DNA of 64,000 nt from Convolutriloba macropyga (taxonomy: Eukaryota). The stretch lies in assembly GCF_964194025.1 (NCBI RefSeq), contig NC_134474.1:68200001-68264000 (forward strand), written 5' to 3'. The notes below the pieces were generated by a model. That model was not told where the DNA came from. It did no database searches and saw only the letters and a program-made list of their open reading frames with translations. The translations under genes and the position numbers were made by a program. Positions 38,247 to 50,899 of this stretch are shown one piece after another (position 1 is the stretch's first letter; each line of letters starts with the position of its first letter).

Positions 38247-41200
38247 TAGTAGTAGCAGTAGTAGTAAAAGACTTGAATTTACCAATTGTGGAATTTTATC
38301 AGTACAAAGAGAGGCCTGTACAGAAGGTAACTAATAAATTAATTAAAAAAAAACATTAACTAAAACAAATAGTGAGCTAAGCTCTGCAAATAGAACAGTG
38401 GCATTTTACTGACCAAGTGCAAGGTTGATTAAAATTGTACTTAGAGTCACGCAGTTTTTGAAAAATGTCTTTATAGGAGATTTTGAGTTGCTTGGTGGCT
38501 CAAGTAAATTGAAGACTTTAAAATCAATGAAATCACTGACACTTACAATTCGATAAAAAAATGATCTCCCTGTTAGGTTTCTCTTATAGCCAGACGAAGA
38601 CATATGTTGAACAGTATCGCTGCGTAAACATCTTTGATTCTGCCTAATCGCAAAGTAATTGTCAAACTGAATGCAGCTTCTTCCACTTCTAATTGCTAAA
38701 AAGAAATCGAGATCGCGTTCAATCAAATGATAAGATATCGGAAGGGAGTTAGCGCGCCGCAATAGCAATAAGTAGTCCGTCCTACCAAAACACCATGAAA
38801 GACATTTCAGATGAAAATTCTCCATTAACCGAATATGAGACACATCTGGACTCCACATTTGTGATCCATACAGAAGCGTCGATAAAACGCGAGCATAACA
38901 CAAGTTCAATTTGACTCTGCTTAGCAGATTGTATGGTGCATTGTGCCTCAAGTAGTTGAAATTGTTTCTCGCCCGAGATAATTTTGTGCGTATATGCAGA
39001 TCCCATTTTAAATTTGACAAAACTTCAAGTCCAAGATCATATGTAGCGTCTACCTGTTTCAGTAAATGACCATCTAGAGATAGTGTACCAGAGCATTCCG
39101 GACAAAACAGATGAATGCACACATGCTGATACTGGAAAGCAAATTGAGATCGTTCTGACAGTTAACAAAAGCATTGTAACCTGATGACAAAACTTTTGTA
39201 TCATCAGCAAAACAGTAACAAGTAGAATTTTCAGGTAATGATAGCATGTCATCTATATACAAGAGGAATAAAAACGGAACAAGATCGCTGCCTTGGGGTA
39301 CACCACTTGTTATGTCAAGATTCGCTGACAAATGTCCATCTATTCGGACGCGCTAAGTTCGCCCAAATAAATACGATTTGAAAAGTTTTAGAAATTCGAT
39401 CATCAAGTCCAAATGATGACAAATTCGTCAGTAAAATATTGAAGTTTACGCAGTCAAAGGCTTTGGAGAAGTCTAGATACACAACTACCTGTTCTATGTT
39501 GTCGTCAAAATTAGCGTAAAGTTCATCAAGATATACAAGTAATTGAGTAATAGTCGAATGACCGCTTCTGAATCCATGCTGCTTAGAGTTTAATTTATAT
39601 CGTAATTTGGAGTACAAAAAATGGAAAATAATTCGTTCAAATAGTAAGGACAATCGCGGAAGGATGGAGATAGGCCTATAATTCTCAACTTTGTTCTTGG
39701 ACTCCTTGTGTATTGGGGTTACAAACGCATATTTCCAAAATTCAGGCCACTCGCACGTTTCCAAAATGTGAGAGAATAACTGATGAACGTGAGCCGTTAA
39801 AAATTCAGCACTGTGAACTCCAAACAATATTTGGTACATCATCACAGGTCGCAAAGGATCCCGGTGGCATCTTTTTCATTTCCAAGCAAATTATTGTTGT
39901 TTCTATAACAATGTCGGAGAAAGATGTCGGAAATGCCGCAGTAGCGCTGAAACATTGCATCACCCGTATTCTTAAATACAGATTTAAAAAATAGGTTGGC
40001 TTTTTCGTCTACGGTTTCTCCTGAACAATCTTTCCAAAAAATTTTACTGGGTTAACTGGCCCTACCGGATAACTTCATTAGTTTGAAGGTGTCATTCACT
40101 GTAAAATATTAAAAGGAGGACAGAAGGGCAGCTTTATCAAGTTCAAAAAACTCATTGAGATCTTTTTCCAATTTCGCGGTGCAGCAAGAACTCGCATATC
40201 GCCCTCTAGTAGATTGTAATTTGTTAACATGGTGAACAGTCAAAGATAAGTAGTAAAATGACATGTTCCTCCGTTTCATGCTTTTTCGTTTTAAGCCATG
40301 GGCCAGGGCATAATCAAAATTTGACTTCCAGTAAGAGAAAAAAATTTCAACTTGTATGCCACATGCAGCAACTGATACAACTGAGTATTCAAAGACTTTT
40401 TATTAAAGTTGGTAACTGAATAGTCGGATGATATTGAAGCAGAAAAACTTCTCGGTGCATACTTTATGATGATGGGATTATGATCTGAGCACGAAGAATT
40501 GAGTATGACATAGTCCCTTAAATCAGAATAAGAAACGAAGACAGGATGAAGAATATTTCCTCGTTTATGGGTAGAGCTGCGAATAATTTGTTCCAGAAGA
40601 AGATCTTGAGATAAGTAGTCCAGGAAAAATTGTTCGTCTGAATGTATAGACTTATGAGCATCCCAGTTGGCATCAGGGAAATTAAACTCACCAAATATGA
40701 GCACTTGGAAATCATTAAGTTAATATTTGAAACTTAACTAAATGATTTGAAATCATTAAGGAAGATTTGAAAACTTCAAGCTCGTCAAAAACATTTTGTA
40801 ACTCTTCTTGCACTCTGACCGCCGATAAATAAAATTTGGAACCCCTTGGAGGCAAATAAAACAGAAGAACTCCCAACGAAAAGTTTTGGGAAAACAGAAC
40901 ACAACTGATGAAGTAGTCTGAGATTTTTAAATCCGAAACCTTAATACTGCTGTAGAAAATGTCTTCAATAGCCAAAAGGAGCCCACCACGTTTTGCTTGT
41001 TTTCTATCTGTTCTTCCCAAAATTGAATAAGACAAACCACAAAATACAGCAGTATCGCAGACGGAGTCATCGGGCCACGTTTCAAAAATACCGATTACCG
41101 CAAGCATTTGTTGCAGAATCAGCCCACCGAGATTCAGGCTGCGCTCGCTCGTAAGAATACTTTGGACATTGAGAAGCAAGAAGTTTATCTCGTGTTCTTG

Positions 41201-41990
41201 GCAATATTTAGGACGCAAATTTAGTCACTTCGATTCAATAACGCGGCCAATTTTATACTGAAGTTATTGTCACTATTTTTGCGCCAACGTGCGTTTCTCA
41301 ACAGATATTGGGCTTCAAGCTCGGATTTAGTCAAATCGGGGTCCACAAATATGTTTTGATATTTTGATGACACTCTCAACTTGATGAATTTCTTAAGAAC
41401 TCTTTTCTCTTCATTGCATCTTTGAACTTGATTAACAAAAGCTGCCTTCCATTGCTTTTGTGTATTTTTCCAATTCGTTTTGTTTCGAAATCTTGATCAA
41501 TAACCGACGAACCAATTTCACTGACTATTTCTTTTAGATGATCACGGTCATTAATTGCCTCAGAAGGACAAGAGCCCTTGACAACCAAGTTCAATTTCTT
41601 GTTATCTTGTTGAACTTGTTCGTAGCGTATTTCTCGTGCAATACAAGATCGAGCTTTGTTCTCTTGCCGTAGATTATCAACCAGCACACTTGCATAGTTC
41701 TTTGGTTCCTTTGGTATAGAAGCTGCGCAAAAAACATAAATCATTTGTAATGTCAAAGTTTTTCGGGACTATAACCTTGCTGACAACAGGGCATAAGTTG
41801 TTCCTGCAATTGATCTCTTTTTCCATGAGACTCTCCTTCGAATTTTGCGATCGCGTCGGCATATTCAAAACCTACGTCAATTGCCAATGCTACCACTGGC
41901 AATAGGGATCAAAAAGGACCAAGAGTATCCACTGCTACCAGTGGTTTAAAAAAAGATGAAAAAAGCGGAGAAGCACACACCTCTGAAGGA
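38247..41990 (-). mobile_element. Near full-length, disrupted CR1/L2-group LINE (ORF1, APE, RT) with (TAC)n tail
   Basis: ORF1 remnant at 41220-41868. APE motifs LNVQSI, ETW, GGLLLAI, YLPP, GEFNFP, SDHNPI; RT motifs NYRPISIL, QHGFRSGHST, YLDFSKAFD, GVPQGS, FADDTK. Many frameshifts; tail at 38247-38266. Confidence 0.93.
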
Positions 41991-42485
41991 ACAATAAATG
42001 TAATCAACTGAAGGAACAATAAACGCGTTTATTTTGATCTTCAATTTGATAAAGATTCGTGGAGTTGTTTTCTTCTGCCGGAATCTAAAATCCCTAATAA
42101 AGAGGGGCTACCCAGAGAATAACCCGGCCTCTGATATCATGTAATTGCAGATCTCGAGCTGAAACAGAATCAAATAGCCTCCCGGGTGCAGATGGGGACT
42201 ATTTAATAAGTTTATCACAACAATTAGGCATGGTTTGTTGTGATAAACTGGTTTGTTGTGATAAATTTCAATGACATGGTTTGTGTAACGAAATTTTGCT
42301 ATAGAATACGGAACCCTTTTTACCCTCTGATTTGCATAGCGTTTGAAGATATACTAATAACACATTTAAGTTTCAACAATTCGCATCTCTTTGACGTAAT
42401 ATTTTTCCATCACTCACTTAAAATTCGAAAAACTCATTTAGAAAACCCAAAGAATATACACGATCTGCTGGATTTCACTTACAAA

Positions 42486-43643
42486 TCATTTATCAGCAAA
42501 CTTGCAGACATTTTCATAGGGAACTTGTACTGTTGTGCCCTCAACACTTACAATCACCGCATAATCACTCTCTTTCAGGGCTTCTACAACACCTATCGCC
42601 CCTCTATGCGTTCCTTTGACAAATTTGACCGTTTTTCCTGGTACTGGAATTACTGTTTCAACGTGGATAACATCCAACTTTATCCTTGTCTCAGGCTCAT
42701 TGATCAATTCGACCATTGCGACATAGTCTGTAACCATCTCACGAACTTTCGCCTTCTGTTTGTAATAGTTATCACCAAGTCTTTTAGTGATAATCTTCAC
42801 AATTAGACCTTTCGACATCCATTTTTCATTATCTTCAGATTCTTTAACCGCTTCCTGCTCTTGCTTCATCTTCTTTGCGCGTAATCCTTCTTCCATCAAT
42901 TCTTGCAGAGCAGTTTTTGGTTTACTTTTTAACTTGAAAGACTTCTTGGAATCCGATCTTGTATCAAGAGGGTTGTCGGAAACTACCAACTTTGAACTAT
43001 CCGGCCCACTGGATGATGAAGGTTTGAGTTTTAAGGTAATTGTTTCTTCTTCGTTATCTCTTTTCAGTTCAGTAGCTTCACATTTACTGCCGGAACTAGA
43101 GCCATCTATCGCCATTTGGCGTTCAATAAATTGTCTGTTTCTTTCCTCGTCTGTGTAATCCATCTTTTCTTTTGCTTTTAGGGCTTCTTGTTTTCGGAGT
43201 GTTTCAGCATCCCGATCTATATACGAAATGAACCATCCTTTTGGTGTTTCGTCCACATGGCATAAACCTTCTCTCCCGAGCCATTTCGTGAAGGCAGTCA
43301 AGGTCACCCATTTGGTGGAGTTCATATGGATGTGTTCCTTAAATTGAATATATTCGTTGTACACTTGATTATTGTGCACTCGTTTCGTCCCAAATCTTCT
43401 CCGAAGAAGGTCCATAAAATCTGACAAAAACTCTTCCGAAAAAGCATCCAAGTATTTAGTGGGATCATCAGCAACCAGCATCATTTGACGCTGGTGACTT
43501 TCAGACATTAAATGGCATTTAAATCCATTTTCGTCTCTGCACTGCTTTTGACACATTTGACAATACCATCGTAGCTTCTGCAAACCTTTAGACTTGATTC
43601 GGTTAGCAATTGCCTTCGGCGTGAGGAAATCGTGCTTGGGCAT
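42486..43643 (-). CDS. KIN: DNA/RNA-binding protein KIN17, intronless, 385 aa
   Basis: N-terminus DFLTPKAIANRIKSKGLQKLRWYCQMCQKQCRDENGFKCH..SESHQRQ, HIHMNSTKWVTLTAFTKWLGREG and C-terminal KOW repeats (ETVIP) are KIN17 hallmarks. Confidence 0.97.
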   Translation of the reverse strand: MPKHDFLTPKAIANRIKSKGLQKLRWYCQMCQKQCRDENGFKCHLMSESHQRQMMLVADDPTKYLDAFSEEFLSDFMDLLRRRFGTKRVHNNQVYNEYIQFKEHIHMNSTKWVTLTAFTKWLGREGLCHVDETPKGWFISYIDRDAETLRKQEALKAKEKMDYTDEERNRQFIERQMAIDGSSSGSKCEATELKRDNEEETITLKLKPSSSSGPDSSKLVVSDNPLDTRSDSKKSFKLKSKPKTALQELMEEGLRAKKMKQEQEAVKESEDNEKWMSKGLIVKIITKRLGDNYYKQKAKVREMVTDYVAMVELINEPETRIKLDVIHVETVIPVPGKTVKFVKGTHRGAIGVVEALKESDYAVIVSVEGTTVQVPYENVCKFADK

Positions 43644-43894
43644 ATTTATATTTCAGGCGTTTAATCTGAAACGGCATTCCAATTTACATCTGCACATTCC
43701 TATTTTCAAAATTCTCAAACAAAACCGTCAATTACGAAAAAACCCCTCCCCAAATAGGGGAGTCGGTCAACTCGATCGGAAAGTCAACTCCTATATACAC
43801 ATATACATTCTGACAGTAGTCAAACGTCAAAATCATCTCAAAAGATAGCTTCTGTGGGAATAAGAAAGGGTGTAGGAGATTACTTGGGTCTTTC

Positions 43895-44292
43895 CCATTA
43901 TAGCCCCCCCAGGTTAGTGGTCAGATAACCTATAGCCCCCCCCCCCCCCAATCATGGTAAATATACCATAATGGGGGGGCTATATTTTTATGGGGGGGGC
44001 TATAATTTAGTTTAGGGCTATTATATCATAGGGCTATTATATCAAGATTTAGTAGTCGTAGTAGTATGTTAGGCATTGAATCGGTCTGATTCGAGGCTTG
44101 GAAGGTCTGATAACCTATAGCCCCCCCCCCCCCAATCATGGTAAATATACCATAATGGGGGGGCTATATTTTTATGGGGGGGGGGGCTATAATTTAGTTT
44201 AGGGCTATATATAATAGGGCTATTATATCAAGATTTAGTAGTCGTAGTAGTATGTTAGGCATTGAATCGGTCTGATTCGAGGCTTGGAAGGT
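43895..44292. repeat. C/G-tract foldback MITE remnant with a ~185-bp tandem duplication (43924-44106 and 44109-44292)
   Basis: tatagccccccc...gggggggctata inverted arms; duplicated block gataacctatagccc...gaggcttggaaggt. Confidence 0.85.
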
Positions 44293-47200
44293 GCAAGCAA
44301 GGTGCAACAGAAACAAACTGAGGAGGAGCTCCTGAACAATCGAGCTTCATTGCCCCCCGTAATAGCTTTTTTGAGGTATGTGGTTGCTGCTACCAAAGAC
44401 GTGGCTCAGGTACATTTTAAAAAAAAACTCTTGCAAACTTTATCTTGATTACTTGCAAACCCTAAATGAATTCACTGGCTGCAATTACCGAATTGAGTTT
44501 TTAAAACAATGCCTTAACAATGATATAATTCCGGATTTTTTGAGGTTTCGCGCTCCTAAAAATGAAATTTTTTCTGAACAAGCGCTGCACAGTTTTCAAT
44601 TAAAGCTCCTGAAACAAGAAATAAACCGTGCGGAGAAAGGCCGTAAGTGTTCAAGGAAAAACTTGAGACAGATCGCAGTAATTTTAGGGAGAAAGTGAGA
44701 CCAAAACTGATGCCATGGCCTGTTGGCAGCATTAGGCGTGAAATGAGGAATCACTCCGCAATTGTTCAAAACCGTCTTAATGGAAAACTTGATAAACTGT
44801 CAGAGAGACAGGATAGACCACTGCGGAATGGCTCCCATAGTAATGTTGTGATAATGGATGGCAGTGAACTTCCAAAGTTTGTACTTGACATCCTATCGTT
44901 TGGACCTAAACACCCTGTGAGAGACAAGTTTAATGAGGTGCACTTCCTGGCAGACGTAGACAAACATGTACGAGAATAGCGCGAGAATAACACTGAGGAT
45001 GAGAAGCTTTGTGAAATTGAGGCGTCCGCAAAATGGTATGCAAAAAATGTACGCGAAACCCCAATGGATAGAGGGGTCAAAAAAGTGCATGATTACCTAA
45101 AAGCCAATGATTTACTGCCATTTGACAAAGGCAGCGGTTTCCGTGTGATGAAGAAGTCAATGAACAGTGAAAAACTTGATGAGGTGCTGAACTCAGATCA
45201 GTTTCAAAAAATCAATGGAGCAAAAGATGATATTGTGATCAAAAATGAAAAACAGATCAATAAAAGCCTGCAACAATTAATGAAGCAAGGGAAAATTAGT
45301 GACAAAAATTATCAAAGACTCAGGTCAACAGGTTGACAACCAGCAAGGCTTCATGGCCTGGCAAAGGTACATAAAAAAGATACACCTCTCCGACCTGTTT
45401 TTTCGATACCTGGTAGCAGCTACGAAAACTTAAACAGATTTCCGGCACCATTTTCCCTACCGGGCGCAAACATTGAAACCAACGCCCAAGATGCTAGAAA
45501 GACCTTAGAGTCTCTCAATATTGAAGGTGACAAGCACACAGTATCTCTTGACGTAAAAAGTTTGTATACCAACGTTCCGGTAGGAGAGGCTATAGAAATT
45601 GCTCTAAGAGAACTCTTTTTCAGCAACCTAGCTCCAGATATCCCAAGATCCGCCATGAAAAGTTTGCTAAAGTTTGCGGTGACGAATGCTCATTTCAAAT
45701 GTAATGGGATTTGGTATGAACAATCAGATGGTCTGGCTATGGGTGCATCACTGGCTGTAATACTAGCAAACGTGTGGATGAAATCGTTTGAGGCATCACT
45801 GCAAAAACCAGAGCTCAGTGAAAATTTTTCCAGATCCGACCAAAACAGGAAGTGCAAAGACTCTAACCGGAGAGTGACTTTCCGAGGACGGGGAGTAGAA
45901 TGTGAGTCATGCAAAAACTGGTTTCATGCAAGATGCCAAAAGATATCGAATGAGGAATACGCCAACATGCAGGATGTTGTTTGGATTTGTTCTCACTGCA
46001 GCAACCAACAGACAGTGGGGCGTTATGAGGAGGTGAAATTGTTTAAAAGGTATGTGGATGATGTTATCTGTACGGTTCGTGGTGACCCAGACGAGTTTTT
46101 AAAATTTGCAAATATATTACACCACAAAATGCAGTTTACCTTAGAAAAAGATAACATGGAAGGGGATTTGGCTTTTCCTGACATTAACGTAAATGTGAGC
46201 AGCAAAAGCATTATCACCTGCCATTGGTATCAAAAAACAACTGACACTGGAATAATACTGAATTTTTGCAGCTGTGCACCGCTTCAGCATAAGAAAAATG
46301 TGATTCAAGGGACCGTTCATAGGGTTTTTTAATACAACCTCTAATTAGTTGGCCTTCGATCAGGCTCTTGAAAAGAACAAAACTTGCTGGGCAGAATAAC
46401 CAATATCCAGAGGAATGGTCTTCAAAAATAGTGAACCAGACTCTAGAAAAGATAATAAGTGGCGGTAAAGACCAAAGCAGAACAACACCAAAAGAGCATC
46501 AAAAAAGCAAGACCAGATCTTATGATAAACCAACTATTTTTCTACAATACAGAGGCAACCTTACTCAAAAGTTTGCAAGCAAATTGAAGAAACTATGCGA
46601 ATTGCAAGTGGTTTTTACAAAGCGGAAATAAGGATTATGCCTCCCCGTCCTGAAATCATCTTTGGATAGTGACCTGAAATCCCACGTGGTATATGGGATT
46701 AAATGTAATGGATGCGGATCCATCTATGTTGAGCAACAAGCCGGCATGTTACCACAAGGATAACAGAATATCAAAAAAGAAGGATTCACAGGTGGGTCAA
46801 CATCTGGTTGAATAACGTGGCGCCACGAAAGACATTGAATGGAAAACTCTGGACGCTTGTCGGACAATAAAAAAACTAATGATTATCGAAGCTAAAAACA
46901 TCAGCAAGCTGAAGCCGGTACTAAACACAGGCAATGACTATAGGTGGCAGTAAAGTTCAAGTTATAATTTTGACTACATGAGGGCAAAAAAGATGCATCA
47001 CAAAACCAAATTTGCAAAACGTCCACAAGAGGGATACTTAAGTTTAGGGCAAATTCAGAATAACCCTAAAAATACAAGAACATGGCCAAAATCGAAAAAT
47101 CGGGAATAGGAATACTTTTAAATAAATTGATAACAGATGTAAATATGAGTTGTAAACAGGCTAAAAATTGTACATAAGGAAAAATTTTTGATTGAATTTT

Positions 47201-47360
47201 TTAGAATAGTTCCCAGAATTGTTTTAAGTGTGGTCTCAGACAAATGTAAATACTTATTCATTTTATCTTTTAACAATTTTTAAAACAATTTTAACCGGAC
47301 GATGAACGTAAAGTTCGAAAACGTTTGTTTTAAATATCGGAAGTAATTTTAATTTGACAA
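44293..47360 (+). mobile_element. Penelope-like element (RT plus GIY-YIG), disrupted, with an in-frame PHD finger inside the RT
   Basis: LSFGPK, DKGSG, GLAKVHKKDTPLRP, VSLDVKSLYTNVP, GLAMGASL, RYVDD, FTLE, WYQKTTDTG; GIY-YIG start HVVYGIKCNGCGSIYV at ~46683; several stops and frameshifts. Confidence 0.92.
47296..47334 (+). ncRNA. Decayed minimal hammerhead-ribozyme-like motif at the PLE 3' end
   Basis: cggacga-t-gaac-gtaaa-gttc-gaaaacgtt; second copy at 50223 (ttgccga...). The consensus CTGACGA..stem II..GAAA can be reconstructed from the two copies. Confidence 0.5.
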
Positions 47361-47504
47361 AACGACTTCTTTCACATTGGATTTATGGATTTGGTTGCAA
47401 TGTCCACAATTGTTCATCAAAGTTCACGAACATGAAATTACATCTGAGTAACTCTTGTAAAGTAATTCCAGTAGATCTTAGATGAGTGAGATTTGTTGTG
47501 TCTT

Positions 47505-49187
47505 GACAATGAAAGGGATTTGATTTTTCTTGACATTAACGTAAATTAACGTAAATCCTACATTGACAAAGTTTAACATATCGGTTGAAACAATACATTC
47601 TTTTGTGTCCGAATTGGACCTTACTAAATCCAGGGGCTCAAACGGACTTCCTACGGCCTTCAAGAAAACTTCGAGACAAATCTTGGTCGTCCGAAAGAAG
47701 CTTTTGAAGGAGATAAAGAAGCATAGAAGGATACCTGACGCATGGAAGACAGCCACTCTGACGCCAATCCACAAGAAGGGAGACAGGCGCTACGTACAAA
47801 ACTACCATCCAGTGTCCCTACTGGACATAGAAAGAAAAATCCTGGAAAAATGCATATATGTGGCTCTTTACAACCACTTTGCCACTTTCCTGCCAAACAC
47901 CGGCATGGATTTGTTGAAAATCGATCTATTTTTACAAACAAGATTACTTTCCTAAAAAAGATCCGCGACGCACTCGATAACGATCCAAACTCAGAACTTA
48001 TTGCGTTCTACACGGACTTCTCGAAAGCCTTCGATAAAGTACCTCATTTCAAGCTATTAAAAAAGGTGGCAAATATTGGGGTAGGAAGATGTCTCCTACA
48101 AGTTCTCATGGACTACCTAAGCAACCGGAAACAGTTCGTCAGAGTCGATAACACATGTTTTGGTGTTCGAGACGTTAATAGTGGAGTGCCTCAGGGCTCA
48201 CTACTTGGCCCGCTCCTGTTTTGCATCTTCATCAACGACTAAGCCGACGCACTGAAGTTCTCAGACCTATTCATCTTCGCAGACGACCTGAAAAACCTCG
48301 CGATTGGAAAAAATCATTGGACCATCCAGGAAAACGTAGACAGTATTGCAACGTGGGTCAGATCAAACAAGATGAAGCTGGCACTGGACAAATATTCTCA
48401 GATAACATTTCGAGGGAAAAAGCGAAATTTCGATATTGTGGGTGAAGATTTGGCAAATGCAGATACAATAAAGACTTGGGAATGCACATCAAAAATGACC
48501 TGAGCTGGAGTAAACATATAGAAGAGCAACTCAGGAAAGCTGACAAAGTATTGTACATCCTCAGACGAAACGTTGCAGTACAAGTTAAACCACTCGTCAA
48601 ATTTGGGCTTTATAAATCACTAGTCCTTTCCGTTTTCTGTACGGCTTCACCTGCATGAACCCATCACGAAGCGAGCTAAAAAACCCCGAAGGCTTTCTGA
48701 AGAAAGCAGTGAAATGGATCACAGGAAACAAGGGAGTGATTTACATCAATCAATTCCGGCTGCTCAACATTCTCCCCTTGCCTATGTTTCTCCAAGTGAA
48801 CGACGTACTTCTACTTGCGAAAGTCATGCATGAAAGCTCGCACAACATCGAACTACCTGACCTCACCAGCGCCAATGGACGCACAAAGGAAGTCTTTGGG
48901 CTACAAAAAACAAGAATGAAAAAAGCTAGAAGCGAATTCACCTTCCGAAACTGCAGACTCGCAAACCGTTTAGAGAAATATGTTGATATCAGTAGACCTT
49001 ATGGACTCAAGAAGAGACTGATAAACCTAATGTAGGAGTTTGTCAATAAACGATTTTGCGATAAGAACGTCTGTACTTGGCAAACCCTTTGTGACTGCCA
49101 TTTATGCAGAAATAATTGGACTCTGTTTTAACAACTGACGACTGGGCATAAATCAACCCTGCAGCAAACCCGCTGCGAATCCTCAGC

Positions 49188-49219
<32 letters not shown>

Positions 49220-50290
49220 ATGTAGCAAAAGTAATATCACCTGTCATTGGTATCAAAAACTAACCGACACTGGAATACTACTGAAATTTCGCAGCTGTAC
49301 ACCGCTTCAGCATAAGAAAAACCTGATTCAATGGACGGTTCACAGGGTTTTAATGCAACATCTTTTTGGCTGTCCTTTTCGATCGGCCTCTTGAAGAGAA
49401 CAAAACTTGCTGGTCCAAAAATCAGAAAAATCAGTATCCATACGAATGGTCTTCAAAAATAGTAAACCAGACATTAAAAAAGATAATAAGTGGCGGTAAA
49501 GGCCAAATAAGAACAACACCAAAAGATCATCAATAAAGCAAGACCAGATCTTATGATAATTCAACTATTTTTCTACAATACAGAGGCAACCTTACTCAAA
49601 AGTTTGCAAGCAAATTGAAGAAACTATGCGAATTGCAAGTGGTTTTTACAACGCGGAAATAAGGATTATGCCTCCCCGCCCTGAAATCATCTTTGGATAG
49701 AGACCTGAAATCCCACGTGGTATATGAGATTAAATGTAATGGATGCGGATCCATCTATGTTGAGCAACAAGCCGGCATGTTACCACAAGGATAATAGTGA
49801 ACAAAAACAAAGGAGAAGCTATATACATCAGCTAGCTGAAGCCGCCACTAAACACGGGATGAAACACGGGGGCGGGAACTCACGCTAAAATAGTAGTTCA
49901 AATCAAAATTTTGACTAGATAGGGATATATAGGGCAAAAAAGATTTTTTGCATGACAAAACGAAATTTGCAAAACCCTAAAAATAACCCTAAAAAGACAA
50001 GAACATGGCCAAAAATTCGAAAAATCCGGAATAAGAATGTTTTTTAAGGAAATTGATAACAGATGTAAATCCGAGTTGCAAACAGGCTAACTATTGTATA
50101 TGGAAAAAAATTATCAATTTAATTTTTTAGAATAGTTCCTAGAATTGTTTTAAGGGTTGTCTCAGAAAAATTTAAATTCTTATTCATTATTATCCCTTGA
50201 CAATTGGTGAACCATTTTTAATTTGCCGATTAACGTAAAGTTCGAAAACGTTTGTTTGAAAGTCGGAAATAATTTTATTTTGACAAATTG
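47505..50290 (+). mobile_element. Second, 5'-truncated tandem PLE copy (47505-47556 and 49219-50290) split by a LINE insertion
   Basis: 47511-47546 matches 46159-46194; 49219 onward resumes at the homologue of ~46198 and runs to the same 3' end. Confidence 0.88.
47557..49218 (+). mobile_element. 5'-truncated CR1/L2-group LINE (RT) with (AAC)n tail
   Basis: PIHKKGDRR..NYHPVSLL, HGFV, YTDFSKAFDKV, SGVPQGSLLGPLLF, FADDLK; tail at 49187-49218. Confidence 0.93.
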
Positions 50291-50899
50291 GATTTTTTTT
50301 TGAGATTTGTTGACTTCGCCTATTAATGTACATGTATGTTTAGCAACTATGTTTGAAAAATGGCTGGATCTTGTCCAAAAATTGTCGGCAACCTTTTTCG
50401 TGTTTTTTGTAGTTCTATAAAATCTTGGTGTCTCGTTTTTGTCATTGTATTTTTCTAGGAATTTTATTTTGTTGGTAGATCGATATCAAAATTCCCTTCG
50501 AGAAGAGACAGTAAAAGGAGGACTGCACGAAATACATTGAAAGTATAAATATCTTGAGCTTTTTAAATTACTATCTTAGTCTTATAATTAGTGATCCAAT
50601 CATACAAAATCCAACTTTTAGCTTTGCGCTGAACGTTTTCAAGATCCTCAATCTCAGATTTGTTTGCACACCAGACCTGGGAAGAGTTAGAATAAATTAA
50701 TGACTTAATATAACGATCCGTCTTCTACAGTGGCTTCAATGAAAGCTTCAACAAAAGCACGCCAGCAAATTGAACTGTAAGTTCATTTCTTATGTACGTA
50801 ATCACGTCTTAACATAATATGCCAACCTTTGTACGTCTTCCGACAGCCGCCCATTCATTGCGCAACAGGGAGGAAGAGTAAAGCGCTACGCAAGAGCGC

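Noticed and set aside
42240-43158. Plus-strand ORFs of 188 and 123 aa
   Set aside because: Antisense shadows of KIN17.
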